A stretch of 59,845 bases of DNA from a virus (IMGVR_UViG_3300005533_000243:1-59845), one strand, 5' to 3'. Shown: positions 1 to 9,924, counted from the stretch's first letter. The notes: a model not told the origin generated them from the letters alone. Translations and numbers: made by a program.

Positions 1-183
1 TTAGTGATCGACACTTCTGACGGGACCAATGACTTCGAAGTCGGGGATGTCGATGCTCTCCTCGACGCCGCAGCAGTACCAGAGGCCATCTTCGCGAAGC
101 GCTATGAAAGTCGTCCCGTCTGACGAGCAGCGGCACCAGTAATAGCCGTCCTCGTACTTGTCGCGATTGATGCCTAGGCTCAA
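1..183 (-). CDS. Small hypothetical protein (60 aa)
   Basis: TTG start overlaps integrase TGA (TTGA) with GAGGT upstream; in frame with ORF 1..267. Confidence 0.6.
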   Translation of the reverse strand: MSLGINRDKYEDGYYWCRCSSDGTTFIALREDGLWYCCGVEESIDIPDFEVIGPVRSVDH

Positions 184-1277
184 GCCGTCTTCACCTCTGG
201 TGGTTTCTCGCGGACGAAGTACCGCGACTTGGCGAGTGGGTTCTTGATCCACTCGAGCTCGCGCCATGCCGGCGGCACGGGGAGTGTGTTGATCGCTTCG
301 ATCAGGGACTTCACCGGGACGTGCGTGTAGACGCGGCTCATCTCGGTGACGGCGTGGCCGAGGATCTGGTCCTTGATATGTGGGTGGACCCCGTTCACGA
401 CAAGCTGGGTTGAGACGGTGTGCCGGCCGGTGTACGGCGACACGTCCGTGATCCCCGTGCGCTCGCGCGCGCCGAGGATCGCCGTCTTGATCTGCCCCCC
501 ATCGGTGTAGGGCCTATTCTTGGGCGTGCGGAAGAGCCTTCCGCCGCGGGTCTTGAGCGCCCGAAAGATCGGCACGATGAAATCGTGGAGCGGCACGCCG
601 CGCGGCTGGCCGGTCTTCGAGTTCGATAGCACCAGCCAGCTATCGTCGGGACGGACGTCGTCGACGTCCGCGTCGAGCGACATGAGCTCGATCGGCCGCA
701 TCCCCGTGTAAAACAGACACGTCATGATCAGCCCGGGAGCCGGGCTCATGGCCGAGACGAATTCGTAAGCGCGCTCGTAGCCGACAGCGCGCGTGCCGGA
801 GCGCTTCGGCGCCGGCTTGTTGAGCGTGCCCTTCGGCTTCTTTGGGCGCGACCATTTCTTTTCCGGCGCCCACCCGCCGGCGACCGCCTTGTTCCAGATG
901 GCGATGAAAGGCGTGTGCACCTGCCGGTTCTTGGTCTGGTAGCTCGCGTTCGGATAGATCTCGTCGGCGGCGGCATCTAGATCTGACTGCGAGATCGTAT
1001 GCAGCTTCCGCTGCGAGCCGAAGTGGCTGACCAGCTTGCCCACATATTCGGGAGCGCCGTGGTGGGCCAGATAGTGGGCCGCTGCCTCGTTGAAGGTGAG
1101 AGTGGCGCGCTTACCGAAGACCGACTGCTCGATGAGCTCGGCCTCGCGCAGCGCGCGGATAGGCTCCGCGGACTTCCTGTCTATGACGCCGGTGCTTTCA
1201 AAAACGAAAGCCCCCCGGACGGTGCCCCGCATGTAGATATATTTCGATCCCTTTCGCTTGACGAGTTTCAGTGCCAT
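180..1277 (-). CDS. int: Tyrosine recombinase / phage integrase
   Basis: LFYTGMRPIEL (catalytic R), SKTG (K), YTGRHT, ILGHAVTEMSRVYTH (H...Y); GGGGAG RBS. Confidence 0.93.
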   Translation of the reverse strand: MALKLVKRKGSKYIYMRGTVRGAFVFESTGVIDRKSAEPIRALREAELIEQSVFGKRATLTFNEAAAHYLAHHGAPEYVGKLVSHFGSQRKLHTISQSDLDAAADEIYPNASYQTKNRQVHTPFIAIWNKAVAGGWAPEKKWSRPKKPKGTLNKPAPKRSGTRAVGYERAYEFVSAMSPAPGLIMTCLFYTGMRPIELMSLDADVDDVRPDDSWLVLSNSKTGQPRGVPLHDFIVPIFRALKTRGGRLFRTPKNRPYTDGGQIKTAILGARERTGITDVSPYTGRHTVSTQLVVNGVHPHIKDQILGHAVTEMSRVYTHVPVKSLIEAINTLPVPPAWRELEWIKNPLAKSRYFVREKPPEVKTA

Positions 1278-1292
1278 ACGCGCTCCCCACTA

Positions 1293-1312
1293 GAAACCAT
1301 CTCATTGCGCCC
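1293..1312. repeat. 20-bp sequence with an exact inverted copy at 26015-26034
   Basis: gaaaccatctcattgcgccc here; gggcgcaatgagatggtttc at 26015-26034. Confidence 0.9.
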
Positions 1313-1317
1313 TTCGA

Positions 1318-1626
1318 CTAAATTATTTTCTTGCGCCAGTTACCATTGACCGTCTTTTCGTAGTTTTCCAGCCACCAGTAATGCCAAACGTGTCCGAGCC
1401 ACGCAATGTTGACCGAGACGACTATCGCGCCGCCAGTGAACGACAGCCACTGCCCGAGGCTGGGATAGTAGTAGAGGTTCCAGAGCCCCCATGCGGTGGT
1501 CCACGCGATCGTCGGCCAATAAAATCCCTGCACCTTCTTGCTCTGGCGGAGCATCATGACGCCTCGCCAAAGGAAGTAGGCGATGCCGAACTCGAAGATG
1601 CCGTTGGTGAGATCGGCCCAGGTCAT
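1318..1626 (-). CDS. SemiSWEET/PQ-loop-like three-TM membrane protein
   Basis: MTWADLTNG start (ATGA overlap with upstream gene); three hydrophobic helices, KKVQG loop, WNLYYY...VN pattern. Confidence 0.6.
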   Translation of the reverse strand: MTWADLTNGIFEFGIAYFLWRGVMMLRQSKKVQGFYWPTIAWTTAWGLWNLYYYPSLGQWLSFTGGAIVVSVNIAWLGHVWHYWWLENYEKTVNGNWRKKII

Positions 1627-1826
1627 TGCCCGCCTTTGCCCGGTGCTGCGCAGTATGGGCGGCCGTTGTGGGAGAAGAGCACTTGAGGCGGGAAGCAGAA
1701 ATACTCGCCACTCATGCACTTTGCGGACTGCAAGTCGCGCTCCGTGCACTTGAATTCGGGGAAGCTTCCATAGTTGTCGCAGGCGGACGCCAGGAGCGCT
1801 GCGATCACGGCTAGAGCTCTAATCAT
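1623..1826 (-). CDS. Small Cys-rich lipoprotein
   Basis: Signal peptide with lipobox LASAC; ATGA overlaps on both sides. Confidence 0.65.
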   Translation of the reverse strand: MIRALAVIAALLASACDNYGSFPEFKCTERDLQSAKCMSGEYFCFPPQVLFSHNGRPYCAAPGKGGQ

Positions 1827-2035
1827 TGGCAGAACTCCTGTTTGAGGTTCTCGAGGCCGGCAATCACTTTCTCGATTTGCGCCATCGAGACGCCGGTCGA
1901 GTCCTTGAGGAGAACGACGATCGCCCGCTTCTTGAGACCGCCATTGAGGAGACGCGTAACGCCCTCGCTGATCTTGGTGATCGACTCGGCGAGGATCTGA
2001 TCGCTCTCCTCGAAGCCTTCGGTTTTCTTAACCAT
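1823..2035 (-). CDS. Hypothetical protein
   Basis: Overlaps neighbouring ORFs in the operon. Confidence 0.7.
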   Translation of the reverse strand: MVKKTEGFEESDQILAESITKISEGVTRLLNGGLKKRAIVVLLKDSTGVSMAQIEKVIAGLENLKQEFCQ

Positions 2036-2387
2036 GGGGCTTCTTCTCGGCGACTTTCTTTTCGAGGGCGCGAAGCGCTTCGATCTCGAGCGTGAGCGCC
2101 ACTTCGACGTCGCAGTTGGAGAATAACTTTTCGCGATATTTGTTGACGCCGTTGCCGAACCAGATATCGCTGCATGTCGTATTGCCTCCCGCGGTCGGAG
2201 CCGATTGCATGTTCAGCTCCTGCGACATGGTCGCTCTACGGCAGTCTCGATATTCGTTGTCGCCGTGATCGAGCGCGGCGTAGCAGCGCAGCGGGATGCC
2301 GCTGAGGATCGAGGGAGTAGCCGGTCGACCATCTCCGCCTGCGAACACAGCCGCACCAAGAAGTAGACCGAAAATAAAACCCATCAC
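2028..2387 (-). CDS. Hypothetical exported/membrane-anchored protein
   Basis: Hydrophobic N-terminus, GGAGGT RBS, 4 Cys. Confidence 0.7.
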   Translation of the reverse strand: MMGFIFGLLLGAAVFAGGDGRPATPSILSGIPLRCYAALDHGDNEYRDCRRATMSQELNMQSAPTAGGNTTCSDIWFGNGVNKYREKLFSNCDVEVALTLEIEALRALEKKVAEKKPHG

Positions 2388-2422
2388 TTACCTCCATGTA
2401 GTTCTTCGGTTTTGGTGACCAT
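2384..2422 (-). CDS. 12-aa bridging mini-ORF MVTKTEELHGGK
   Basis: TAATG overlap upstream and TGATG overlap downstream. Confidence 0.35.
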   Translation of the reverse strand: MVTKTEELHGGK

Positions 2423-2637
2423 TATTTCCGCGGATTTTCCGCGAGCACCCGCTCAATATCGGCGCGCGATATGATGATGGAGCGATGAACCCCGACCCAC
2501 CACGCGGGAAGCGAGATGCAGAAGACCTGCGGTCTATTGTTTATGCAGAGGCGAGCACTCAGACGTATGTCTGGAGCGGCCAGGTTGCCGCCGTCATCAA
2601 ATGTTTCCATCTTCGCCCATGCGCAAACACGGGCCAT
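2422..2637 (-). CDS. Hypothetical protein
   Basis: MARVCAW start via TAATG overlap with the HD gene. Confidence 0.55.
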   Translation of the reverse strand: MARVCAWAKMETFDDGGNLAAPDIRLSARLCINNRPQVFCISLPAWWVGVHRSIIISRADIERVLAENPRK

Positions 2638-3194
2638 TATTTCCCTCCGTACTGGTAGAACGACGACAGGAACTCGGTGGCCGCGGTCTCCGGCGACCAG
2701 AAGCACAGCTTCACGTGCAGCGGCGGCTCGTCACTGCCCCAGTCGCGGGGGGGTACGTCCATCGTTGCCATGTTCTGCGCGCGCTCGTCGGCGAGGATCG
2801 CGTTGTCGAGTCGCTTCACCTCGTCGGGCACCGGCCACTGGATCCCGTAGCGTTTGGCGACGGTGAGCATGATCTCGTGCTCGATCTCGGCGTAGTTGCT
2901 GAGATTCGCTTTGATCGGGCGCGGGATGTCGACGAGGTACGCTTCGCTCGCATCGTGCAGGAGCGCGGTGAGCGCAAGCTCGCGTGGCGCATGGCGCGCC
3001 ACCAGGACGCAGTGCTCGGCCACCGAGTAGAAGCGCGTGCAGTGACCGCCGTAGCGGCACATCTTCGCAAGCGCGTGCGCGATGTCGTTGATGTCAAGCT
3101 CGTCCGCGCGCGGATCCACCGGCCAGAACTTCCGGCCCGAGTAGGTCTGCATCCAATTGCCTTTACGCGTCTTGTGGATTGTCATTTGGAACAC
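2637..3194 (-). CDS. HD-domain phosphohydrolase (YfbR/YfdR-like 5'-deoxynucleotidase)
   Basis: DIAHAL...CRYGGH..FYSVAEH...LLHDASEAY.VDIPRP motifs; exact start uncertain. Confidence 0.88.
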   Translation of the reverse strand: MFQMTIHKTRKGNWMQTYSGRKFWPVDPRADELDINDIAHALAKMCRYGGHCTRFYSVAEHCVLVARHAPRELALTALLHDASEAYLVDIPRPIKANLSNYAEIEHEIMLTVAKRYGIQWPVPDEVKRLDNAILADERAQNMATMDVPPRDWGSDEPPLHVKLCFWSPETAATEFLSSFYQYGGK

Positions 3195-3621
3195 TCTCGT
3201 GAGGGGGGAGGGGATGGAGCTCGAGCCGGTATCCCGTCCCGAACGTGTTGGTGATCGTTATGTGCAGCTCGGCCGCGCGGCTGCGCAGGCCCTTCAGCAG
3301 GACGCGCACGGTGTTCTTGTTGCGCTTAAGCGTGCGTCCGTAGACCGCGACGTAGAGCTCATCGAGCGTGACGGACTTCGGATGCGATTGTGTCATCCGG
3401 TAGAGAAGCGACGCCTCCGACGGGCTGAGCTTCACGGTCTTCAGGCCGCGCGTGGCGAGGTTGGTGAACAGGTTCACGGACACAAGATCATCCGGACGAA
3501 CGCGCGCAATGAGATCGACGATCGCCGAGGCCGACTCGGCAGCGAGCGCGTCGCCGACGGCCGCCGCGTTGTTCAGCTTCTCGATCAGTGCGTCCAGTTG
3601 ATTTCGTTCTTCTGAGTTCAT
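3163..3621 (-). CDS. Orphan OmpR/PhoB-type winged-helix DNA-binding protein
   Basis: KLSPSEASLL...VTLDELYVAVYG...TVRVLLKGLRSR...ITNTFGTGYRL; no receiver domain. Confidence 0.75.
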   Translation of the reverse strand: MNSEERNQLDALIEKLNNAAAVGDALAAESASAIVDLIARVRPDDLVSVNLFTNLATRGLKTVKLSPSEASLLYRMTQSHPKSVTLDELYVAVYGRTLKRNKNTVRVLLKGLRSRAAELHITITNTFGTGYRLELHPLPPHESVPNDNPQDA

Positions 3622-3641
3622 CTGTGGGTGCCCAATGGTGG

Positions 3642-6600
3642 TTAGGCTTCGTCGATGAAGTTGGCGTGCGGCGAATTATTCAGGTCGATTTCCACGAGAT
3701 ATTCAGACGCGACCGCGTACTGCGTTCCCGAGCCAATGAACCCGCGCACGGTCTTCGCTTTGAACTCGCGCTCGAGCGCGCGATTGAAGATATGGCGGGA
3801 ATAGTTGTTGTCGCCCAACCAGTTAGACAGCTTCGTGGAGCTGATCCGCATCAGCTTCTGATCGAGGCCGACGTGCACGTACACGCTCTCTAGCCGAGAG
3901 GCATCACGCTTCACCACGATGCCGGATGGCTTGCCCTTCGAGGTGTGGATGCGGTTGGTGTAAAGCGTGTGGCGGGCGCGCATCTCATTCAGAAATTGCG
4001 CGAGAATGTTGGACACGTTCATCGTGTCCTTCATGTCCACCGGTTGGCTGGCGCGCTCGCTCCGCATTCCGGCAAGCGTAGTGATCATGAATTGCTTCAG
4101 CCCCTCTTCGTCGATCTCCGTGAACTTCAGCTCGTTTGAGTATTTCGCTCCCAAACAGACGCAGGTGATCAACGCCGCCCAAAATCTTTCGTCGGGCTGT
4201 ATCCTGAGTTCGGTCTCCAGATTTTTGAAGTAGGAATTGACTTCAGAGTTAAGGCGCGCGTGGTGCGCTCCCAAAAACTTCGCGAACTCAAGTCCGACGA
4301 TGCCGTAGTTATCGTGCAGTGCACCAAGCAGACTTTGTGCATCAGCGAGCGCAACCTGAGCACCAATCGCTGGTGGTACTTCGTATTCGAAGACGCGATA
4401 CAAACCAGCCGTCGTCATTTTTGTCCTCGTCAACACGAAGTCGAGAAGACTTTCATTCGACGCCGAAACTAGAATCGTTTGCCACGTCCCCGGGTTCCGC
4501 TGCTGGGACGACTGCGTTAACCGCGACTTTTCTTTTCCTAGGGAAAGCTGGAACGCGAGATTGACGAACTTCTTCGTATCGTCTTCAGTTTTCAGCTCGT
4601 CCCAAAAGAGGGGCAGCGAGCGGATCTCGCCGATCTTGTTGACGACGGAGTTCTGCGTATCTGAAAGCCCCTGCATGGCTTTAATGGGATCGCCCCACAC
4701 CGCCTGCGCGATCTTGAGCGCAGTCGATTTTCCGATGCCGGACTCGATCGAGTAGAGGCTCATGAGGAGCCCCGTCTGGCCGGTAAAGCGCACGAGCGGC
4801 GCGCCGAAAGAGGCGGCAATCACCGCGTCTAGCGCCGGCCGCTTCTGTTGCGTGACCATCTTTGCCGCCGTGATCCACGGCTCGATGGCGCCGGTCGGCT
4901 CGTACTGCTGCGCGATAACGAAGTCGGGGCTGGCGGCTTGGCGCTCGCCGTTCGGCGACCAGACGTGGCCACCGAAACAGAAACCGTCGATCTTGCCGAA
5001 GGCGGTGTTCCACCCGAACGGCACGGAGGAGACGGTCATCCCCTTCGTCTTCTGAAGCTTCTCGATCCAGCTAACCACGAATTCCACCGTCATGCTGGTC
5101 TCGCCCTTGCGGAGCGGAACACCCTGCGCCCATAGCGTCGAGCGCATTCCCGCGTCGTCGCTTACGTCGGTAAAAGGGAGGGTGATTTTTTTCTGCCTCC
5201 CACTATCCAGAATGGTTGTGAAGTGCAGTGCCCACGGACTAACTTGTAGCCAGGGGTCCTGCATCGGATACTTGCAGATCGGGATGAAGTCTTGCTGACC
5301 GTCTTCACGCGTGGTGATTTTGAGAACGACGCCGTCGGCGCGTCGGACATAACCAGTCGGTAGGTCGGACTGGGAAACGGCGGGCTGAGGTGGACCACCG
5401 AATTGGGTTCCAGATGGAGCCCCGCCAGCTTGGCCGTTACCAACACCAGCGACATTCCCAGGTAGATTCCCACCACCAGCGTTAGGAGTGGGAGAGTTCC
5501 TGGGCGTGAAATGTAGTGGCGATTTCCCAGCGGCGAAGTGGACGCAGCTCTGGCAGAGCTTGCAACCGCTGCCACTGATCGTGCGGCACGCCGGCCAGCC
5601 GAGGCCTTTGGCTTCTTTCTCGCGTTCTTTCCTGTCGAATAGCTCATCAGTGCTCTCCTGGGTGTAGCCCGGATGCTTGTTCGCCATCCGGTGCGCGTCC
5701 GCGCGCGGATTGTCCGTGAACGTCGCGATCAGCGTCGTCAGGTTCCACAGCGGATTGGTGAAAGCCGCGCCGCCAGTATCGAGAGCATCGCGAATGAACC
5801 CACACTCAGACTTGAGCTCATCGAGCTTGATCGGCGCGGCCCTTCCCATATCGACTCCCATCGCGAGCGCACTGTCGCCCGTGATCGGGGGCCGAGACGG
5901 GAAAAGCGAGGGGTCGATGTCTTTGGTGATTGGTGCGGCGACGCGGTACGGCTCGAGCGCCGCCCAGATCCGATCGACTGCGTAATCGAAATCGGTCCGG
6001 CCTCCGGTGAGGCGAACGGGACGCGGCGGCTCGGTCTTCCGGTTGAAAGTGTCGGGCACGCGCAAAACGCGCGCCGCGTCGATTGTGCATTGCGTGTCGC
6101 ATTTCAGGCCGAGCTGCTTCGTGGCTTCGGCGAGGGCGAAAGCGAGCGGGTTCCACTCGGGCGGCGTGAGTGCGCGCGCAAGCGTCCAGTAGACGTGCAT
6201 CCCACCGCCCGACGAAACGATCAGGCTCGGCTTCGGCATGTTGGATTTGGCGAGGAAGTTACCCAGCGAGGTAACGGCCTCGTCGGGCGTGTCGTAGCCG
6301 TGATCGCCACCCTTGAAGTCGATGTCGATGAACAACGACTTGAGGTAGGCGGCGTTCGCCTGCGAGCGTACGGGCGTGAAATACTTGCCGCCGCTGCGGG
6401 CGGCGGTCTTTTCCGTCGCCGTCCGCTGCGAGCTCATGCACGCATAGATGTCGCGCGTAGTGGAATTTTTTAGCGCATACTCGATCGCCCGCACGGCTTC
6501 GTTGAGCGATCGACATGCGCGCCCCGTCCACGGCGCCTTGCGCCCCGGCTCGAGATCTGGGGGCACAAAGGTCCAATGGATATTCACGAAGGTAGGAGCT

Positions 6601-6662
6601 TCCCCTTCTTGGGGCCAAGGAACGACGCGCGCCAGATATTCTTTTGCTTGTTCGGTGGACAT
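3642..6662 (-). CDS. Primase-helicase (RepB/AEP-like primase, Zn-binding region, DUF927-type P-loop helicase)
   Basis: FIDIDFK, SSGGGMHVYW, DAARVLRVP; C..CxxCxxC cluster; Walker A SGIGKST and Walker B LFWDE. Confidence 0.85.
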   Translation of the reverse strand: MSTEQAKEYLARVVPWPQEGEAPTFVNIHWTFVPPDLEPGRKAPWTGRACRSLNEAVRAIEYALKNSTTRDIYACMSSQRTATEKTAARSGGKYFTPVRSQANAAYLKSLFIDIDFKGGDHGYDTPDEAVTSLGNFLAKSNMPKPSLIVSSGGGMHVYWTLARALTPPEWNPLAFALAEATKQLGLKCDTQCTIDAARVLRVPDTFNRKTEPPRPVRLTGGRTDFDYAVDRIWAALEPYRVAAPITKDIDPSLFPSRPPITGDSALAMGVDMGRAAPIKLDELKSECGFIRDALDTGGAAFTNPLWNLTTLIATFTDNPRADAHRMANKHPGYTQESTDELFDRKEREKEAKGLGWPACRTISGSGCKLCQSCVHFAAGKSPLHFTPRNSPTPNAGGGNLPGNVAGVGNGQAGGAPSGTQFGGPPQPAVSQSDLPTGYVRRADGVVLKITTREDGQQDFIPICKYPMQDPWLQVSPWALHFTTILDSGRQKKITLPFTDVSDDAGMRSTLWAQGVPLRKGETSMTVEFVVSWIEKLQKTKGMTVSSVPFGWNTAFGKIDGFCFGGHVWSPNGERQAASPDFVIAQQYEPTGAIEPWITAAKMVTQQKRPALDAVIAASFGAPLVRFTGQTGLLMSLYSIESGIGKSTALKIAQAVWGDPIKAMQGLSDTQNSVVNKIGEIRSLPLFWDELKTEDDTKKFVNLAFQLSLGKEKSRLTQSSQQRNPGTWQTILVSASNESLLDFVLTRTKMTTAGLYRVFEYEVPPAIGAQVALADAQSLLGALHDNYGIVGLEFAKFLGAHHARLNSEVNSYFKNLETELRIQPDERFWAALITCVCLGAKYSNELKFTEIDEEGLKQFMITTLAGMRSERASQPVDMKDTMNVSNILAQFLNEMRARHTLYTNRIHTSKGKPSGIVVKRDASRLESVYVHVGLDQKLMRISSTKLSNWLGDNNYSRHIFNRALEREFKAKTVRGFIGSGTQYAVASEYLVEIDLNNSPHANFIDEA

Positions 6663-6688
6663 TGGCTTCGCTTATGGGCGCGAGGTGA

Positions 6689-7630
6689 TTATTCGGGCAT
6701 CAGCTCCTTCAGCTTGGCGTCGAGGCTGTCCTCGAAGCTCTTGCCGTTGGTCGCCGGCTGCTGCGCGGCGACCGTGGTGGCCGTGGGCGGGGCGAAGCCA
6801 TGCGACTGAGGCTGGGGTCCCGCCTGGATCTGCGGAGCGGGAGCCGACTGAGGCGGCTGCTCGAAGGCGCCGGCAGGCGGATTGGCCGTTGCTGGAGCGG
6901 TGATTTCCGAGCCCTCGGCGAGGATGCGGGCAACTTCCGGCGACTTCTGCATTTCAATGATGAGGTCGGCTTCGGCGTCGGTCAGCGGCCTGATCGCGCT
7001 GAACTCGAACTTCGGATACGACTCTTTCGCGTCGAACGCGATGCGCACACCGATCGAGTAGTAGGGATACCCCATCGCCTGGTAGCGCTGACCGAACGTC
7101 GCGAGATCCTGGAGCGATCCGGCAGGCACGCGCAGGAGCATCGGCCCCTTGAACATCTCGTTGCGAATATCGTCGAGCGGCACGACGGCGAGGCGCTTCG
7201 AGTCCTGGCAGGCCTTACCCTGCTTGCCCGAAGGCGTGATGCGCGATCCCCACGCGTTTTTGGGGCAGCTCGCACACGAAGGGCTCTGCTTCTTGGCCGC
7301 TCCCGGCTCTGGCGTGAGGCCCGTGGTCGAGAAGCAGTCGGGAGCGGCGGACGCGCCTTCGGTGTAGCCCGCCTCGTACCAGATCTTGGAAACGTGGGAG
7401 CTCGCCTTGACGATCACGATCTCGATCGAGTTGCGCGGCCCGTCGCCGTCAGCACGCATGAGCTGGCGCTCTTCGCCGCGGTAGCGGGTGCTCCACACCT
7501 TGCCACGATACCCGATGATGCCGAAGCCGGTTTGGACGCCGGCGGCAAGATCGTTCTCGGGGGGACGGTTGGCGAAGCGCGTAGAGACGGCTCCGAAACC
7601 GGGCTGCTGTACGATTGCATTCATAGTCAC
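6689..7630 (-). CDS. Putative ssDNA-binding/annealing protein
   Basis: Position between primase and helicase; C..CASC..C Zn site; Pro/Ala linker and charged tail. Confidence 0.55.
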   Translation of the reverse strand: MTMNAIVQQPGFGAVSTRFANRPPENDLAAGVQTGFGIIGYRGKVWSTRYRGEERQLMRADGDGPRNSIEIVIVKASSHVSKIWYEAGYTEGASAAPDCFSTTGLTPEPGAAKKQSPSCASCPKNAWGSRITPSGKQGKACQDSKRLAVVPLDDIRNEMFKGPMLLRVPAGSLQDLATFGQRYQAMGYPYYSIGVRIAFDAKESYPKFEFSAIRPLTDAEADLIIEMQKSPEVARILAEGSEITAPATANPPAGAFEQPPQSAPAPQIQAGPQPQSHGFAPPTATTVAAQQPATNGKSFEDSLDAKLKELMPE

Positions 7631-7652
7631 TTCTCCTGTGGATGGCTCGAAA

Positions 7653-8072
7653 TTACTTGCGGCGGACGCCGACGACGTGCGTCACCGAATAGTTCACACC
7701 AGGCGGCGGCGTCTGGTGTTTCTCGACGTGGTCAGCGACGGCGGTGACGTTCGCCTTCTTGTCGATCAGATCCCAGTCGCCTTGCGAGACGACGTAGGTC
7801 CAGAAGGCAGTCATGTCCGCCACCGAGGCCGATTTCTTCGCCGTGCGATAAACCGTGCCGTGCGGCGTCTGAATGCTGTCGCCGTTCACCTCGTTGAGGT
7901 GCTGCAATAAAACAGCATTGAGTTGCTCAAGGGTCTCCTTGTACGGTTTCAGCTCGGCTTTTGCGGCGGCTTCTTTATCCGCGATAAGATCGCGCAGCTT
8001 CACGAACTGCTGCACGCGCTTGGCGAAGTCGATTTTCTCGGGCGCCGGCGGCGTCTGGACGGGTGCGTTCAC
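7653..8072 (-). CDS. Replication-module hypothetical protein (coiled-coil N-terminus)
   Basis: GTG start with GGAGGT RBS. Confidence 0.75.
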   Translation of the reverse strand: MNAPVQTPPAPEKIDFAKRVQQFVKLRDLIADKEAAAKAELKPYKETLEQLNAVLLQHLNEVNGDSIQTPHGTVYRTAKKSASVADMTAFWTYVVSQGDWDLIDKKANVTAVADHVEKHQTPPPGVNYSVTHVVGVRRK

Positions 8073-8087
8073 GGTTACCTCCGTAGG

Positions 8088-9641
8088 TTACGCGCGGCTC
8101 GCCTCTTCGAAGAGCTCGAGCAGCTTCTCTTGGACTTTCTGTTGGGCACGCAAGAGCGAATAGATTCGCCGCTCGACCGGCGTGCTCTGAAGGTGCAGCA
8201 CGAGTTGCTTGTGCTGCTGGCCAATTCGCCGGATGCGGCGGTTGGCCTGGTCGTAAATCTCGAGTGACGTCACCGGCGCGAACCAGATGATGGTGTCGGC
8301 GGCGGTGAGGGTGACGCCGTGCGCAAGGCATTGCGGATGCGCGGCGATCGTCCGGTACTTGTTGGTGTTCTGGAAGGCGTTAAAGATCTGCGCCCGATCG
8401 TTCGGGGGAGTGTCGCCGGAGACGGTCGCGTGCTCGATATTGTTCTTGGTGAGCGTCTCCGAGATGCCAGCGAGCGCGTGCTTGAACGGGGCGAATACGA
8501 GCACCTTGCGGCCCGAGGCGTTGATGGCGTCGAGCATTGCGTCGATGCGATTCTGGTTGTCGAGCGAGATCGTGCCGCCGTCCTTGGTGTAGACCCAGCC
8601 AGACGACACCTGGAGAAGCTTCATCATCACGGCGCCGGCATTGGCCGCGGTGATTTCCTGCGACTGGATCGCGGCGTAGCAGTCGTCGACAAGCGCCTTG
8701 TAGATTTTGGCTGTAGATGGCGCGAGGTCGACGTCGACGAACTGCTCGACGCAATCCGGCAGCTCCACGACGTCATCGAGCGAGAAACGCACCGCCGGCT
8801 GAAGGGCAGCGAAGGCGCGCTCCACCGCGTCCTGCTTCGGCACCCATTTGAACTGGGTGACACGCTGCATCAGCTCATCGCGGAAGCGCGAGAAATACTT
8901 AGGCACCGTGTGGGGCGTGACGATCGACGCCTCCGCCCACGCGTCTGTCGGCTCATGCGGGATCGGGGCGCCGGTCATGCCCCACACCCACTTCATCTTC
9001 TGCGCGAGCTTGCGCGTTAGCTTGGTGCGGTCGGCTTGCCCGTTGCGGTAGACCGCGAGCTCGTCGAGGCCGAGCACGTCGAGGTCGGGCATCTTGAGGA
9101 TGTCATCGAAGACGACCTTCAGCCCGTCGTGGTTGAGGATGAAGATTTCGACATCCGGGTTGTTGAGCAGCGCGAGCCGACGCTTTCGGTCGCCGTGGAC
9201 GACCGCGCAGCGGCGGTGCGGGATCGTGTTGAAGACCTCTCGCTCCCACGTGAAGCGTAGTGTCGAGAGCGGCGCCAAGATCAGCAGGCGGCCGCAGAGG
9301 TTGTTACTTCGAAGGTAATCCCACGCCCAGAGAAGCGCCTTCGTCTTGCCTGTGCCCATGTCGTTGAGCACGTAGGCGCGTTCGTTCAGCGACAGCAGCG
9401 CGCAGGTTTTCTTCTGGACTTCGAACGGCTTACCGCCGGCCCAGTCGTAGTGTGTCAGGATCGGCGCGGGAACGGTGTATCCGAGCTTGCGAAGGATGAA
9501 CGTCTCGGTGGGGCCGTGCGGAAGGAGAAGATGCTCCGCCCCGTTGAACTCCATAGACTTCGCCGCGGGAAAGAGATTGCGCACCTCGTTGCTGAACGGA
9601 ACGCCGAGCAGCTTATGTTTTGGGCTTACGTGTACGGACAT
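8088..9641 (-). CDS. SNF2-family helicase
   Basis: DMGTGKT, LDEL, MTGAP, HGVTLTAA, QANRRIRRIGQ. Confidence 0.92.
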   Translation of the reverse strand: MSVHVSPKHKLLGVPFSNEVRNLFPAAKSMEFNGAEHLLLPHGPTETFILRKLGYTVPAPILTHYDWAGGKPFEVQKKTCALLSLNERAYVLNDMGTGKTKALLWAWDYLRSNNLCGRLLILAPLSTLRFTWEREVFNTIPHRRCAVVHGDRKRRLALLNNPDVEIFILNHDGLKVVFDDILKMPDLDVLGLDELAVYRNGQADRTKLTRKLAQKMKWVWGMTGAPIPHEPTDAWAEASIVTPHTVPKYFSRFRDELMQRVTQFKWVPKQDAVERAFAALQPAVRFSLDDVVELPDCVEQFVDVDLAPSTAKIYKALVDDCYAAIQSQEITAANAGAVMMKLLQVSSGWVYTKDGGTISLDNQNRIDAMLDAINASGRKVLVFAPFKHALAGISETLTKNNIEHATVSGDTPPNDRAQIFNAFQNTNKYRTIAAHPQCLAHGVTLTAADTIIWFAPVTSLEIYDQANRRIRRIGQQHKQLVLHLQSTPVERRIYSLLRAQQKVQEKLLELFEEASRA

Positions 9642-9924
9642 GAGTGGTTCGTTTCAGATAGAGCTCGAGCTGGGTGGTGTCGCCGTCGACAACGAGAACC
9701 TTGCCGCGGGCCGCGACGATGTCGCGCGCGGTCTGGCGCTGGAGCTCCGTTAGTTGTTTGCCCGGAGCTTTCGTCTCGATGGCGAGAAATTTTCCGTTGA
9801 CGCAAACGAGGAAGTCGAGCGTCTTCGCTCCGTACCCCGATTGCACTGGCATAAATCTGTAGACGAGATCGTATTTTTCAAGGACGCGTTTGACGCGCGC
9901 CTTCACTTTTCCTTCGGGCGTCAC
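9613..9924 (-). CDS. VRR-NUC domain nuclease
   Basis: TPEGKVK...LDFLVC..GKFLAIETKA..QLTELQ. Confidence 0.88.
   Translation of the reverse strand: MTPEGKVKARVKRVLEKYDLVYRFMPVQSGYGAKTLDFLVCVNGKFLAIETKAPGKQLTELQRQTARDIVAARGKVLVVDGDTTQLELYLKRTTHVRTRKPKT

Noticed and set aside
2637-3194. HD hydrolase as DatZ of a 2-aminoadenine (Z-genome) system
   Set aside because: No PurZ or MazZ recognised; the protein fits the common YfbR/YfdR-like type
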